DNA of 32,000 bases from Mycolicibacterium smegmatis (lineage in GTDB: Bacteria; Actinomycetota; Actinomycetes; Mycobacteriales; Mycobacteriaceae): positions 3,150,001 to 3,182,000 of the forward strand of contig NZ_LN831039.1 of assembly GCF_001457595.1 (NCBI RefSeq), in the 5' to 3' direction. Below are positions 8,541 through 19,366 of this stretch, piece by piece. A program made the translations under genes and the position numbers. The notes under the pieces were generated by a model. It ran no database searches. It saw nothing but the letters and a program-made list of their open reading frames with translations, and was not told where the DNA came from. Positions within the stretch are counted from its first letter, which is position 1. Every line of letters starts with the position of its first letter.

Positions 8541-9170
8541 TCAGGTCATTTCCGGGACGCGCAGATGCGCGAGCACCAGCTCGAACTCGCCGACGTCGAG
8601 CTGATCGGCGCTCAGGTCCCGTAGCCGGGTCGTGCGCAGCGACCTGGCCTGATCACGGTTGTGGTCCAACGCGGCCTGGCTGTCGAAGGTGGTCGACGAG
8701 ACCGCCCGGCCCGTCGCACGGTCCAGCATGAGACTGGCGCTGCAGAAGCCTTCGAGCTCCTCCAGGGCGGGCAGCACCGAGCTGCGGTAGTACTCGATGG
8801 CTCGGTCGAACAGTTCGGGCCGGGTGCGCAGCCACGTGGCGCGCACACACGCTCCCGGTGCGCTGTACTGCTCGCGGTGCACCACGGCGATCTCCCACTC
8901 GTCCACCGTGGCGGAGGTCGCGGCGAACGCTTCGAGTGCGCGGTACCGGATCGGCGCCAGGATCGAGGCACTGGCCAACATGTCCTCCTCGGACTGCCAC
9001 GCGGAGGTGGCGATGCACCGGCCGGAGTCACGGTCGACCATGAGCGACAGGCCGACACATCCGTTCGCGATCTCCAGGGCGGGCATGACGCGTTCGCGGA
9101 TGTAGGCGATCCCCGCTTTGATGGTATGTCGGTCGGCGCGCGCCGTGATCGTGGTAGAGCGTGCGAACAC
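8541..9170 (-). CDS. Conserved hypothetical protein with two tandem ferredoxin-like (ABM/Dabb-type) repeats
   Basis: GTG at 9170 preceded by GGAAAGGGG. The upstream part of the track ORF (to 9476) is Arg/Pro-rich read-through overlapping yjbQ. An internal duplication is visible: ...VMPALEIANGCVGLSLMVDRDSGRCIATSAW... versus ...VLPALEELEGFCSASLMLDRATGRAVSSTTF... Confidence 0.7.
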   Translation of the reverse strand: MFARSTTITARADRHTIKAGIAYIRERVMPALEIANGCVGLSLMVDRDSGRCIATSAWQSEEDMLASASILAPIRYRALEAFAATSATVDEWEIAVVHREQYSAPGACVRATWLRTRPELFDRAIEYYRSSVLPALEELEGFCSASLMLDRATGRAVSSTTFDSQAALDHNRDQARSLRTTRLRDLSADQLDVGEFELVLAHLRVPEMT

Positions 9171-9281
9171 GATCCACCCCTTTCCTGCCGAGGCGGCGCC
9201 CCGGTGGCGCCACCGGTCACTCCCACCATCCTCCGCGCCTTGGCGGGCGGCAGCGTTTCCGGAGAAGTCGGTCCACCTCCG

Positions 9282-9287
9282 TAGGCT
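9282..9287 (+). promoter_or_regulatory. Candidate -10 hexamer TAGGCT, 7 nt upstream of ATG 9295
   Basis: TANNNT read directly. No SD between it and the start codon. Confidence 0.35.
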
Positions 9288-9294
9288 TGGAACG

Positions 9295-9696
9295 ATGGAC
9301 AGCAATGTGATCGATGTCGACACCTCACGGCGCCGTCTGGTCGATCTGACCGATGAGGTGCGCGGATTCTGTGGTTCTCGTCGGGACGGCCTGTGCAACG
9401 TGTTCGTCCCGCACGCCACAGCGGGCCTGGCCATCATCGAGACCGGGGCGGGGTCCGACGACGACCTGGTGGACACCCTCGAGCGTCTGCTGCCCCGTGA
9501 CGACCGCTACCGGCACGCCCACGGATCGTTCGGACATGGCGCAGATCACGTCCTGCCCGCGCTCGTGTCGCCTTCGGTGACCATCCCGGTGCAGGACGGA
9601 TGCCCGCTGCTGGGAACCTGGCAGAGCATCGTGCTCGTTGACCTGAACCGGGACAACCCGCGGCGCTCGGTGCGGCTGAGCTTCCTGGGGGCCTGA
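9295..9696 (+). CDS. yjbQ: YjbQ/UPF0047 family protein (secondary thiamine-phosphate synthase-like)
   Basis: 133 aa. ...GLCNVFVPHATAGLAIIETGAGSDDDL...HAHGSFGHGADHV...LGTWQSIVLVDLN is characteristic of the UPF0047 family. Confidence 0.88.
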   Translation: MDSNVIDVDTSRRRLVDLTDEVRGFCGSRRDGLCNVFVPHATAGLAIIETGAGSDDDLVDTLERLLPRDDRYRHAHGSFGHGADHVLPALVSPSVTIPVQDGCPLLGTWQSIVLVDLNRDNPRRSVRLSFLGA

Positions 9697-9896
9697 TGGG
9701 GCGTCTTTCCGGCCGCTTCGGCGCGGCCTTCGGGTTCGCGCTGTTCAGGGCGAAAGCGGTGCCCGGTAATGTAAAGCGGTCGAAATAGTCGCCGGTCCGG
9801 CAGCTGCGGGGTTGCCGGGGACCCCGTTCAGGGCCCGCCGTGACTCTTTTGACCGACGAGACCAGCAGACATCGACGACATGAGGACACGAGCAAC

Positions 9897-12587
9897 GTGC
9901 AGACACACGAGATCAGGAAGCGCTTCCTCGATCACTTCGTGAAGGCGGGCCACACCGAGGTGCCCAGTGCTTCGGTGATCCTCGACGACCCCAATCTGCT
10001 GTTCGTCAACGCGGGCATGGTGCAGTTCGTGCCCTACTTCCTCGGCCAGCGCACGCCGCCGTGGAACCGCGCGACGAGCATCCAGAAGTGCATCCGCACC
10101 CCGGACATCGACGAGGTGGGTATCACCACCCGGCACAACACGTTCTTCCAGATGGCCGGCAACTTCAGCTTCGGCGACTACTTCAAGCGTGGCGCGATCG
10201 AGTTGGCCTGGACTCTGCTGACCAACCCGGTCGAAGAGGGCGGATACGGCTTCGATCCGGAAAGGCTTTGGGCCACCGTCTATCTCGACGACGACGAGGC
10301 GATCGGGCTGTGGCAGGAGGTTGCGGGGCTGCCGGCCGAGCGCATCCAGCGCCGCGGCATGGCCGACAACTACTGGTCGATGGGCATCCCCGGGCCGTGC
10401 GGACCGTCGTCGGAGATCTACTACGACCGCGGCCCCGAATACGGCGTCGAGGGCGGCCCCGAGGCCAACGAGGACCGTTACATCGAGATCTGGAATCTCG
10501 TGTTCATGCAGAACGAGCGCGGCGAGGGCACCTCGAAGGAGGACTTCGAGATCCTCGGCCCGCTGCCCCGCAAGAACATCGACACCGGCATGGGCATCGA
10601 GCGTGTGGCGTGCCTGCTACAGGGCGTCGACAACGTCTACGAGACCGATCTGCTGCGGCCGGTGATCGACAAGGTCGCCGCGGTGGCGCCGCGCGGTTAC
10701 GGCGCGGGCAACCACGATGACGACGTGCGGTACCGGATCATCGCCGACCACACCCGCACCGCGGCGATCATCATCGCCGACGGTGTGAGCCCCGGCAACG
10801 AGGGACGCGGCTACGTGCTGCGCCGGTTGCTGCGCCGCATCATCCGGGCGGCCAAGCTGCTGGGCGTCGAACAGCCCGTCATGGGCGACCTGATCGCCAC
10901 GGTCCGCGACGCCATGGGCCCGTCGTACCCCGAGCTGGTGACCGATTTCGAGCGCATCAACCGCATCGCGGTGGCCGAGGAGACCGCGTTCAACCGCACG
11001 CTCGCATCGGGTTCGAAGCTGTTCGAGGACGCCGCGCGGGCCACCAAGAAATCCGGTGCCACGGTGCTGTCCGGTTCGGACGCGTTCACGCTGCACGACA
11101 CCTACGGGTTCCCGATCGACCTGACCCTGGAGATGGCCGCCGAGGCCGGGCTGAGCGTCGACCAGGAGGGTTTCCGCACCCTCATGGCCGAGCAGCGACA
11201 GCGCGCCAAGGCCGACGCCGCGGCACGCAAGCAGGCCCACACCGACCTGAGCGCCTACCGCGAGCTGGTTGACGCCGGGCCGACCGAATTCACCGGTTTC
11301 GATGAATTGACCTCCGAGGCAACCATTCTCGGCATCTTCGTCGACGGCAAGCGGGTACCTGTGGTGTCGCACGACGGGCTCGAGGCCGACCGGGTGGAGC
11401 TGATCCTCGACCGCACACCGTTCTACGCCGAGGCAGGCGGCCAGATCGCCGACGAGGGCACCATCAGCGGTACCGGTGCGTCGGGCACCGCGAGCGCGGC
11501 CGTCACCGACGTGCAGAAGATCGCCAGGACGCTGTGGGCGCACCGGGTGAACGTGGAGTCCGGTGAGTTCGTCGAGGGCGACACCGTCACCGCGGCCGTT
11601 GATCCCAAGTGGCGCCGCGGTGCGACACAGGGACACTCCGGCACCCACATGGTGCACGCCGCGCTGCGCGAGGTGCTCGGCCCCAACGCCGTTCAGGCCG
11701 GTTCGCTGAACCGCCCGGGCTACCTGCGGTTCGACTTCAACTGGCAGGGCCCGCTCAGCGACGACCAGCGCACACAGATAGAAGAGGTCACCAACCAGGC
11801 CGTCGAGGCCGACTACGAGGTGCACACCTTCGTCACCGAACTGGAGAAGGCCAAGGCCATGGGTGCCATGGCGATGTTCGGCGAGCGCTATCCCGACCAG
11901 GTTCGCGTGGTCGAGATCGGCGGGCCGTTCTCGCTGGAGCTGTGCGGTGGCACCCACGTGCACAATTCGGCGCAGATCGGCCCGGTGACGATCCTCGGTG
12001 AGTCCTCGGTCGGCTCGGGCGTGCGCCGCGTCGAGGCCTACGTCGGCCTCGACTCGTTCCGCCACCTGGCCAAGGAACGTGCGCTGATGGCGGGCCTTGC
12101 GTCGAGCCTCAAGGTGCCCTCGGAAGAGGTGCCCGCCCGCGTCGCCAACCTCGTCGAGCGCCTCAAGGCCGCCGAGAAGGAACTCGACCGCATGCGTCTG
12201 GCCAACGCCAGGGCCGCCGCGGTGAACGCCGTGGCGGGCGCCGAGACCGTCGGCAAGGTCCGATTGGTGGCGCAGCGGATGTCCGGCGGGATGTCGGCCA
12301 ACGATCTGCGCAGCCTGGTCGGCGACATCCGCGGCAAGCTCGGGTCCGAGCCCGCCGTGGTGGCGCTGATCGCTGAGGGCGAGAACGACGCCGTGCCGTT
12401 CGTGGTCGCGGTCAACCCGGCCGCGCAGGATCTCGGGCTGCGCGCCAACGACTTGGTCAAGCAGTTCGCGGCGCCGGTCAACGGCCGCGGCGGGGGGAAA
12501 GCCGATCTGGCACAGGGTTCCGGTAAGGGGGCGGCGGGTATCGACGCGGCATTGGCCGCGCTGCGCGCCGAGATCGGCCGGAGCTAG
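9897..12587 (+). CDS. alaS: Alanine--tRNA ligase
   Basis: [44 protein letters not shown]... matches the mycobacterial AlaRS N-terminus from memory. GAGGAC at 9883-9888, 8 nt upstream of GTG 9897. HxxxH editing/C-terminal domains present ([20 protein letters not shown]). Stop TAG 12585-12587. Confidence 0.96.
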   Translation: MQTHEIRKRFLDHFVKAGHTEVPSASVILDDPNLLFVNAGMVQFVPYFLGQRTPPWNRATSIQKCIRTPDIDEVGITTRHNTFFQMAGNFSFGDYFKRGAIELAWTLLTNPVEEGGYGFDPERLWATVYLDDDEAIGLWQEVAGLPAERIQRRGMADNYWSMGIPGPCGPSSEIYYDRGPEYGVEGGPEANEDRYIEIWNLVFMQNERGEGTSKEDFEILGPLPRKNIDTGMGIERVACLLQGVDNVYETDLLRPVIDKVAAVAPRGYGAGNHDDDVRYRIIADHTRTAAIIIADGVSPGNEGRGYVLRRLLRRIIRAAKLLGVEQPVMGDLIATVRDAMGPSYPELVTDFERINRIAVAEETAFNRTLASGSKLFEDAARATKKSGATVLSGSDAFTLHDTYGFPIDLTLEMAAEAGLSVDQEGFRTLMAEQRQRAKADAAARKQAHTDLSAYRELVDAGPTEFTGFDELTSEATILGIFVDGKRVPVVSHDGLEADRVELILDRTPFYAEAGGQIADEGTISGTGASGTASAAVTDVQKIARTLWAHRVNVESGEFVEGDTVTAAVDPKWRRGATQGHSGTHMVHAALREVLGPNAVQAGSLNRPGYLRFDFNWQGPLSDDQRTQIEEVTNQAVEADYEVHTFVTELEKAKAMGAMAMFGERYPDQVRVVEIGGPFSLELCGGTHVHNSAQIGPVTILGESSVGSGVRRVEAYVGLDSFRHLAKERALMAGLASSLKVPSEEVPARVANLVERLKAAEKELDRMRLANARAAAVNAVAGAETVGKVRLVAQRMSGGMSANDLRSLVGDIRGKLGSEPAVVALIAEGENDAVPFVVAVNPAAQDLGLRANDLVKQFAAPVNGRGGGKADLAQGSGKGAAGIDAALAALRAEIGRS

Positions 12588-12593
12588 TTTCAC

Positions 12594-13106
12594 ATGGGCA
12601 CCGACGACAGGCTGCCTGACCGTCCCGGAGCGGACGATCCAGGCCGCGGTCGCCGGATCGGCATCGACGTGGGCACCGTCCGCATCGGCGTCGCCTCCAG
12701 CGATCCCGACGGCATCCTCGCCACCCCGGTGGAGACCGTCGCGCGGGACAAACGCGACAAGACCGGCAAGCACGTGCGCCGGCTCGCGGCGCTGGTGAAG
12801 GAGTACGAAGCCGTCGAGGTGATCGTCGGTCTGCCACGGACACTTGGTGATCGGGCCAGTGCGTCGGCCCACGACGCGGTCGACGTGGCCGAGCAACTCG
12901 CCCGCCGGATCGCCCCCACACCGGTGCGGCTGGCCGACGAGCGGCTCACTACTGTGTCAGCACAACGATCGTTGCGTGAAGCAGGAGTACGGGCAAGAGG
13001 ACAGAAAGCCGTGATCGACCAGGTCGCCGCAGTCGGGATTCTGCAAGGCTGGCTCGATCAGCGGCGCGCGGCGCTGGCCGCACGCAGAGAGGGCACGGAT
13101 GGCTGA
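12594..13106 (+). CDS. ruvX: Holliday-junction resolvase-like nuclease RuvX (YqgF)
   Basis: [29 protein letters not shown]...[14 protein letters not shown]...DERLTTVSA is typical of YqgF. It starts 6 nt after the alaS stop. Confidence 0.93.
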   Translation: MGTDDRLPDRPGADDPGRGRRIGIDVGTVRIGVASSDPDGILATPVETVARDKRDKTGKHVRRLAALVKEYEAVEVIVGLPRTLGDRASASAHDAVDVAEQLARRIAPTPVRLADERLTTVSAQRSLREAGVRARGQKAVIDQVAAVGILQGWLDQRRAALAARREGTDG

Positions 13107-14343
13107 GGACTGGGGTGCCGAACGAGCGAGGCCTGTCGCCGTCGGCCCACCGCGGCGCGGGCTGAGCCGGGCCGAGCGGGCACGCAAGGCCCGCAACGAC
13201 CGCAAGCGCCGCCTCGCGCGGGCGCTCTCGCTGGCGCTGCTGATCGTGGTGGCTGTCGGGGCGGTGTTCCTCGGTTCCAAGCTGTGGCACAGCATGTCCG
13301 GATCCACCAGCGACTACGCCGGTGACGGCGTGGCCGACGTGGTGATCCAGGTACACGACGGCGACTCCACCACCGCGATCGGCGAGACGCTGGTGGAGAA
13401 GAACGTGATCGCGACGGTCAAGTCGTTCGTGGAGGCCGCGCAGGGCAACGACGCCATCTCGGCGATCCAGCCCGGCTTCTACAAGGTGCGCACCGAGATC
13501 CCCGCCGCCAATGCCGTTGAACGGCTTTCCGATCCGGAGAACCGCGTCGGCAAGCTGACGATCCCCGAAGGACGCCAGCTCGACGACATCGCGGACGTGA
13601 AGACCAACGACGTCACCGCGGGCATCCTCAGCCTGATCTCGCAGGCGTCGTGCGTCGAACTCGACGGCGAGAAGCGTTGTGTGCCGGTCGAAGACCTGCG
13701 CGCGGCCGCAGGTGCCACGCCTGCCGCGGCGCTCGCGGTGCCGTCGTGGGCGACGCAGCCCGTCGCGGCCATGGGCGACGACCACCGCCGCCTGGAAGGC
13801 CTGATCGCACCGGGCACCTGGAACATCGACCCCGACGCCTCGGCACAGGACATCCTGTCGAACCTGATCGCGGCGAGTTCGGCGGTGTACACGCAGAGCG
13901 GTCTGCTCGACACGGCCGCCGCGATGAAGATGTCGCCGTACGAGATCCTCACGGTCGCCTCACTGGTGCAGCGCGAATCCAAACCGCAGGATTTCTCGAA
14001 GGTCTCGCGCGTGATCTACAACCGGCTGGCCGAGCACCGCAAGCTCGAATTCGACTCGACGGTGAACTATTCGCTGGACCGCCAGGAGATCGCGACCACC
14101 GACGCCGACCGCGCGCAGGTGACCCCGTGGAACACCTACGCCTCCGAGGGGCTTCCGCGCACGCCGATCTGCTCCCCGGGCATCGACGCGCTGGGCTCCG
14201 CCGAGCACCCCGAGCCGGGGGACTGGCTGTACTTCGTGACCATCGACATGCAGGGCACGACACTGTTCACACGCGACTACGACCAGCACCTGGCCAACAT
14301 CGAGATCGCCCAACGCAATGGTGTCCTCGACAGTGCCAGGTAG
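13099..14343 (+). CDS. mltG: Endolytic murein transglycosylase MltG (YceG-like)
   Basis: ATG 13099 overlaps ruvX by 8 nt. Basic N-terminus plus one TM helix ([17 protein letters not shown]), then a YceG domain (...[22 protein letters not shown]...STVNY...PWNTY...GLP..PI.SPG). Confidence 0.92.
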   Translation: MAEDWGAERARPVAVGPPRRGLSRAERARKARNDRKRRLARALSLALLIVVAVGAVFLGSKLWHSMSGSTSDYAGDGVADVVIQVHDGDSTTAIGETLVEKNVIATVKSFVEAAQGNDAISAIQPGFYKVRTEIPAANAVERLSDPENRVGKLTIPEGRQLDDIADVKTNDVTAGILSLISQASCVELDGEKRCVPVEDLRAAAGATPAAALAVPSWATQPVAAMGDDHRRLEGLIAPGTWNIDPDASAQDILSNLIAASSAVYTQSGLLDTAAAMKMSPYEILTVASLVQRESKPQDFSKVSRVIYNRLAEHRKLEFDSTVNYSLDRQEIATTDADRAQVTPWNTYASEGLPRTPICSPGIDALGSAEHPEPGDWLYFVTIDMQGTTLFTRDYDQHLANIEIAQRNGVLDSAR

Positions 14344-15163
14344 GCGGCCCGCCGCTCCAGGCGAGCCGCGCAAGGCCGCAGTCCTCGGCTCACCGATCGC
14401 CCATTCGCGTTCTCCGCAGCTCCATCTGGCGGCCTACCGGGCACTGGGCCTGACGGACTGGACCTACGAGCGCATCGAGTGCACGGCCGAGCAACTCCCC
14501 GGCCTGGTGGAGGCCGCCGGCCCCGAGTGGGTGGGTTTCTCGGTGACCATGCCGGGCAAGTTCGCCGCGCTGCAGTTCGCCGATCAGCGCACCGACCGCG
14601 CGGAACTGGTCGGCTCGGCCAACACCCTGGTGCGCACCGAGGCCGGCGGCTGGCGCGCCGACAACACCGACGTCGACGGTGTGGCAGGCGCCCTCGGCAC
14701 CGCCGGTGAGGCCGCGCTCGTGATCGGCTCGGGCGGCACCGCGCCCGCCGCGGTGGTCGGCCTCGCCGAGATGGGCGTACAGCACATCACGATCGTGGCC
14801 CGCAACGCCGACAAGGCCGCCGCGCTGGTCGACCTCGCAGGCCGCTGCGGTGCACAGGGCGACTGGTGTGACATCGCCGGGCCCGCGCTCACCGACGCGG
14901 TCGCGCAGGCAAGCGCGGCCGTCAGCACCATCCCCGCCGACGCCGCCGCGGGCTACGCGCCCACCCTGGCGGCGGTGCCCCGGTTGCTCGACGCGATCTA
15001 CAACCCGTGGCCGACGCCGTTGGCCACCGCGGTGCAGGCCGCGGGCGGCGAGGTGATCAGCGGGCTGCAGATGCTGTTGAACCAGGCCTACAGCCAGGTC
15101 GAGCTGTTCACCGGCAGGCCCGCTCCCAAAGAGGCGATGAGGGCGGCACTCGAGGAGCCTTAG
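14318..15163 (+). CDS. aroE: Shikimate dehydrogenase
   Basis: AAVLGSPIAHSRSPQLHLAAYRALGLTDWTYERIEC...SVTMPGKFAAL...GSANTLVR...WRADNTDVDGV is nearly identical in pattern to mycobacterial AroE. Start is ATG 14318, GTG 14321 or GTG 14333; all overlap the mltG end. Confidence 0.93.
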   Translation: MVSSTVPGRRPAAPGEPRKAAVLGSPIAHSRSPQLHLAAYRALGLTDWTYERIECTAEQLPGLVEAAGPEWVGFSVTMPGKFAALQFADQRTDRAELVGSANTLVRTEAGGWRADNTDVDGVAGALGTAGEAALVIGSGGTAPAAVVGLAEMGVQHITIVARNADKAAALVDLAGRCGAQGDWCDIAGPALTDAVAQASAAVSTIPADAAAGYAPTLAAVPRLLDAIYNPWPTPLATAVQAAGGEVISGLQMLLNQAYSQVELFTGRPAPKEAMRAALEEP

Positions 15164-15172
15164 CCTCGGACG

Positions 15173-15616
15173 ATGGGGCTGTCCTCAGGCGCGCTGGGTG
15201 CCGTCGCCGTCGTCGCGGCCGCGTGGTTGATCGCGCTGTCCGGATACGACCTGCGCCTGCGCCGCCTGCCGAACTGGCTCACGGTGCCCGGCGCGGTGCT
15301 CATCCTCGTCGGCGCCACCCTGGCAGGCCGGGGCGCTGCCGCGCTGGCCGGCGCCGCCGCGCTGAGCGCGCTGTACCTCGTCGTGCACCTCGTGTCGCCG
15401 CGATCGCTCGGCGGAGGCGACGTCAAGCTCGCGGTCGGTCTCGGTGCGCTGACCGGGATGTTCGGGGCCGACGTCTGGTGGCTGGCGGCGCTGGGGGCGC
15501 CGCTGCTGACCGGTGTGGTGGCGCTCGGCGCCGCGCTCCGCGGTGCCACGACAGTCCCGCACGGGCCGTCGATGTGTGTGGCCTCGGCCGTGGCCGTGGG
15601 CCTGGTCCTGCTGTGA
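15173..15616 (+). CDS. Minimal A24-family prepilin (type IV leader) peptidase, TadV/CpaA-like
   Basis: 147 aa, all hydrophobic helices. Both aspartyl-protease motifs are visible (SGYDLRLRRLPN and GGGDVKLAVGLG). No N-terminal methyltransferase domain. Confidence 0.82.
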   Translation: MGLSSGALGAVAVVAAAWLIALSGYDLRLRRLPNWLTVPGAVLILVGATLAGRGAAALAGAAALSALYLVVHLVSPRSLGGGDVKLAVGLGALTGMFGADVWWLAALGAPLLTGVVALGAALRGATTVPHGPSMCVASAVAVGLVLL

Positions 15617-15705
15617 ACCTTCACCGAAGCCAGGTGCTAGCCCGGTGAAAGGCCCGGTTGATACGGATTTCTTTCCGCAAAACCCGGCGTGGGAGAATGA
15701 CACCC

Positions 15706-16904
15706 GTGTTGCGTTGGACCACAGCTGGTGAATCCCACGGCCGCGCCCTGGTGGCCATGCTCGAAGGGATGGTCGCCGGCGTGCCCATCACTTCTGAGGA
15801 GATCGGGGCACAGCTCAAGCGGCGCCGCCTCGGCTACGGCCGTGGCGCCCGGATGAAGTTCGAACAGGACCAGGTCACGATGCTGGCCGGGGTCAGGCAC
15901 GGCCTCACACTGGGCGGCCCCATCGCGATCGAGATCGGCAACACCGAATGGCCCAAGTGGGAGAGCGTGATGTCTCCCGACCCGGTCGACCCGGCCGATC
16001 TGGACGTCGCGCGCAACGCCCCGCTCACGCGGCCACGCCCCGGCCACGCCGACTACGCGGGCATGCTCAAGTACGGCTTCGACGACGCGCGTCCGGTGCT
16101 CGAACGTGCCAGCGCCCGCGAGACCGCCGCGCGTGTGGCCGCGGGCACCGTGGCCCGGGCGTTCCTGCGTGAGGCCCTCGGCGTCGAGGTGCTCTCGCAC
16201 GTCATCTCCATCGGCGCGTCGAAGCCCTACGACGGCCCGGCGCCACAGTTCAGCGACCTGTCCGCGATCGACGACAGCCCCGTGCGCGCGTTCGACAAGG
16301 CCTCCGAGGAACTCATGATCGCCGAGATCGAGGCCGCCAAGCGTGACGGCGACACCCTCGGCGGTGTCGTCGAGGTCGTCGCCGACGGCCTGCCGGTGGG
16401 GCTCGGCTCGTTCACCAGCGGCGAGAACCGCCTCGACAGCCAGCTGGCCGCGGCCGTGATGGGCATCCAGGCGATCAAGGGCGTCGAGATCGGCGACGGT
16501 TTCGAGACCGCGCGCCGCCGCGGCTCCGTCGCACACGACGAGATGTATCCCGGACCCGACGGCGTGGTGCGCTCGACGAACCGCGCGGGTGGTCTGGAGG
16601 GCGGTATGACCAACGGGCAGCCGCTGCGGGTGCGTGCCGCGATGAAGCCCATCTCGACCGTGCCGCGCGCGCTGGCCACCGTCGACATGACCAGCGGCGA
16701 GGAGGCCGTCGCGATCCACCAGCGCTCGGATGTGTGCGCGGTGCCCGCCGCCGGTGTGGTCGTCGAGACCATGGTGGCGCTGGTGCTCGCGCGCGCCGCG
16801 CTGGAGAAGTTCGGTGGGGATTCACTGGCCGAGACCCGCGCCAACATCGATTCCTACCTGCGGGCCGTCGCCGAACGCGAACCGGCGGCGCAGGCTTCGA
16901 GCTG

Positions 16905-16905
<1 letters not shown>
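15706..16905 (+). CDS. aroC: Chorismate synthase
   Basis: [26 protein letters not shown]... matches the mycobacterial chorismate synthase N-terminus. GGGAGA at 15691-15696, 9 nt upstream of GTG 15706. The GAGAAT at 15693-15698 could instead be a -10. In-frame ATG 15697 and the track start 15658 have no homology support. Confidence 0.94.
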
Positions 16906-18723
<1,818 letters not shown>

Positions 18724-18757
18724 CACAACAACTCTCGTTTGTGAAGCTGAGCCCGGA

Positions 18758-19333
18758 TCAGCTCTGACGCGGCTGGTCCGGATTCTCCAGCGGTGTGGTC
18801 TGCGTCGTGTCGGTGTGCTCCTGCGCCCCGTTGGCGCTCACCGCGGCGAACACGTCGGTGTCGGCGCGGTCGTCATCGGCGGCCAGTCCGTGGCGGGTGC
18901 GCGTGACCGGCGGGGCCTTGCGGTCGATCGTCCAGCGGCCGATGGTCACGCCCGCGACGGCCACCAGGAACGTCAGCAGCGCCGTGAAGGCGGCGAAGGT
19001 GGTGATCTCGTTCAGCAGCGACTCGGTGTAGATGCTCTTGTAGAACAGCCCGATGAACCACGACACCGCGCCGCTGAGGATGCCCGCGGCCAGGCCGGCC
19101 AGAAGCCACGTCATCGCCAGGTCGGCGCGGCGATCCGGATCGGGGTTGCTGCGCGCGTCGCCGCGACCGTCGAGGACGCCCCAGACCGCGACGCCGATCG
19201 CGTACAGGACCAGCAGTCCCGTGCTGAACCAGATGGCGTTGCCCGGGGACGCGTTGACCAGTGCGCCCTGTAGCAGGCGCACGATCACCATCGCCGTTGC
19301 GAACACCACTCCGCGCAGTAACCACTTGCTCAT
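18758..19333 (-). CDS. Conserved integral membrane protein (four predicted TM helices, acidic C-terminal tail)
   Basis: 191 aa. Hydrophobic segments LLRGVVFATAMVIVRLL, IWFSTGLLVLYAIGVAVWGVL, MTWLLAGLAAGILSGAVSWFIGLF and ITTFAAFTALLTFLVAVAGVTIG. Its position between aroB and pepQ on the opposite strand matches a conserved mycobacterial membrane protein (from memory). Confidence 0.8.
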   Translation of the reverse strand: MSKWLLRGVVFATAMVIVRLLQGALVNASPGNAIWFSTGLLVLYAIGVAVWGVLDGRGDARSNPDPDRRADLAMTWLLAGLAAGILSGAVSWFIGLFYKSIYTESLLNEITTFAAFTALLTFLVAVAGVTIGRWTIDRKAPPVTRTRHGLAADDDRADTDVFAAVSANGAQEHTDTTQTTPLENPDQPRQS

Positions 19334-19341
19334 GGGGGCAC

Positions 19342-19347
19342 AGCGTA
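19342..19347 (-). promoter_or_regulatory. Candidate -10 hexamer TACGCT (minus strand), 8 nt upstream of ATG 19333
   Basis: Plus-strand agcgta at 19342-19347. It lies in the 33-nt divergent intergenic region. Confidence 0.3.
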
Positions 19348-19352
19348 GCGAG

Positions 19353-19358
19353 TAGCGT
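19353..19358 (+). promoter_or_regulatory. Candidate -10 hexamer TAGCGT, 8 nt upstream of GTG 19367
   Basis: TANNNT read directly. There is no room for a 5' UTR with an SD. Confidence 0.3.
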
Positions 19359-19366
19359 CACACATC

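Noticed and set aside
9171-9476. Upstream extension of the tandem ferredoxin-like gene (track ORF 8541-9476, 311 aa)
   Set aside because: The extension is Ser/Arg/Pro-rich and overlaps the yjbQ start region on the other strand. A good SD (GGAAAGGGG) precedes the internal GTG at 9170, where the repeat-domain homology begins.
9840-9896. Longer alaS start (GTG 9840), and a possible T-box or other riboswitch upstream of alaS
   Set aside because: The conserved AlaRS N-terminus begins at [10 protein letters not shown] (GTG 9897), which has an SD 8 nt upstream. I could not find the T-box conserved 14-mer or a specifier/antiterminator arrangement in 9697-9896.
10617-12896. 759-aa minus-strand ORF antisense to alaS/ruvX
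   Set aside because: It is antisense to a confidently identified conserved gene, has no recognisable motifs, and has a composition (Gly/Arg/Val/Asp-rich) typical of antisense frames in high-GC genomes.
15618-15651. Imperfect hairpin (ccttcaccg ... cggtgaaagg) between the A24 peptidase gene and aroC
   Set aside because: It has a bulged stem, a 16-nt loop and no T-tract. This is too weak to call a terminator or attenuator without transcript data.
15658-15705. Longer aroC starts (track start 15658, ATG 15697)
   Set aside because: Homology starts at [15 protein letters not shown] 15697 directly abuts GGGAGA with zero spacing. The 15658 extension translates to basic junk ([13 protein letters not shown]).
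16734-16904. Longer aroK ORF start (track 16734)
   Set aside because: It lies within aroC coding sequence in another frame. The coupled ATG at 16905 gives the canonical [18 protein letters not shown]-terminus.
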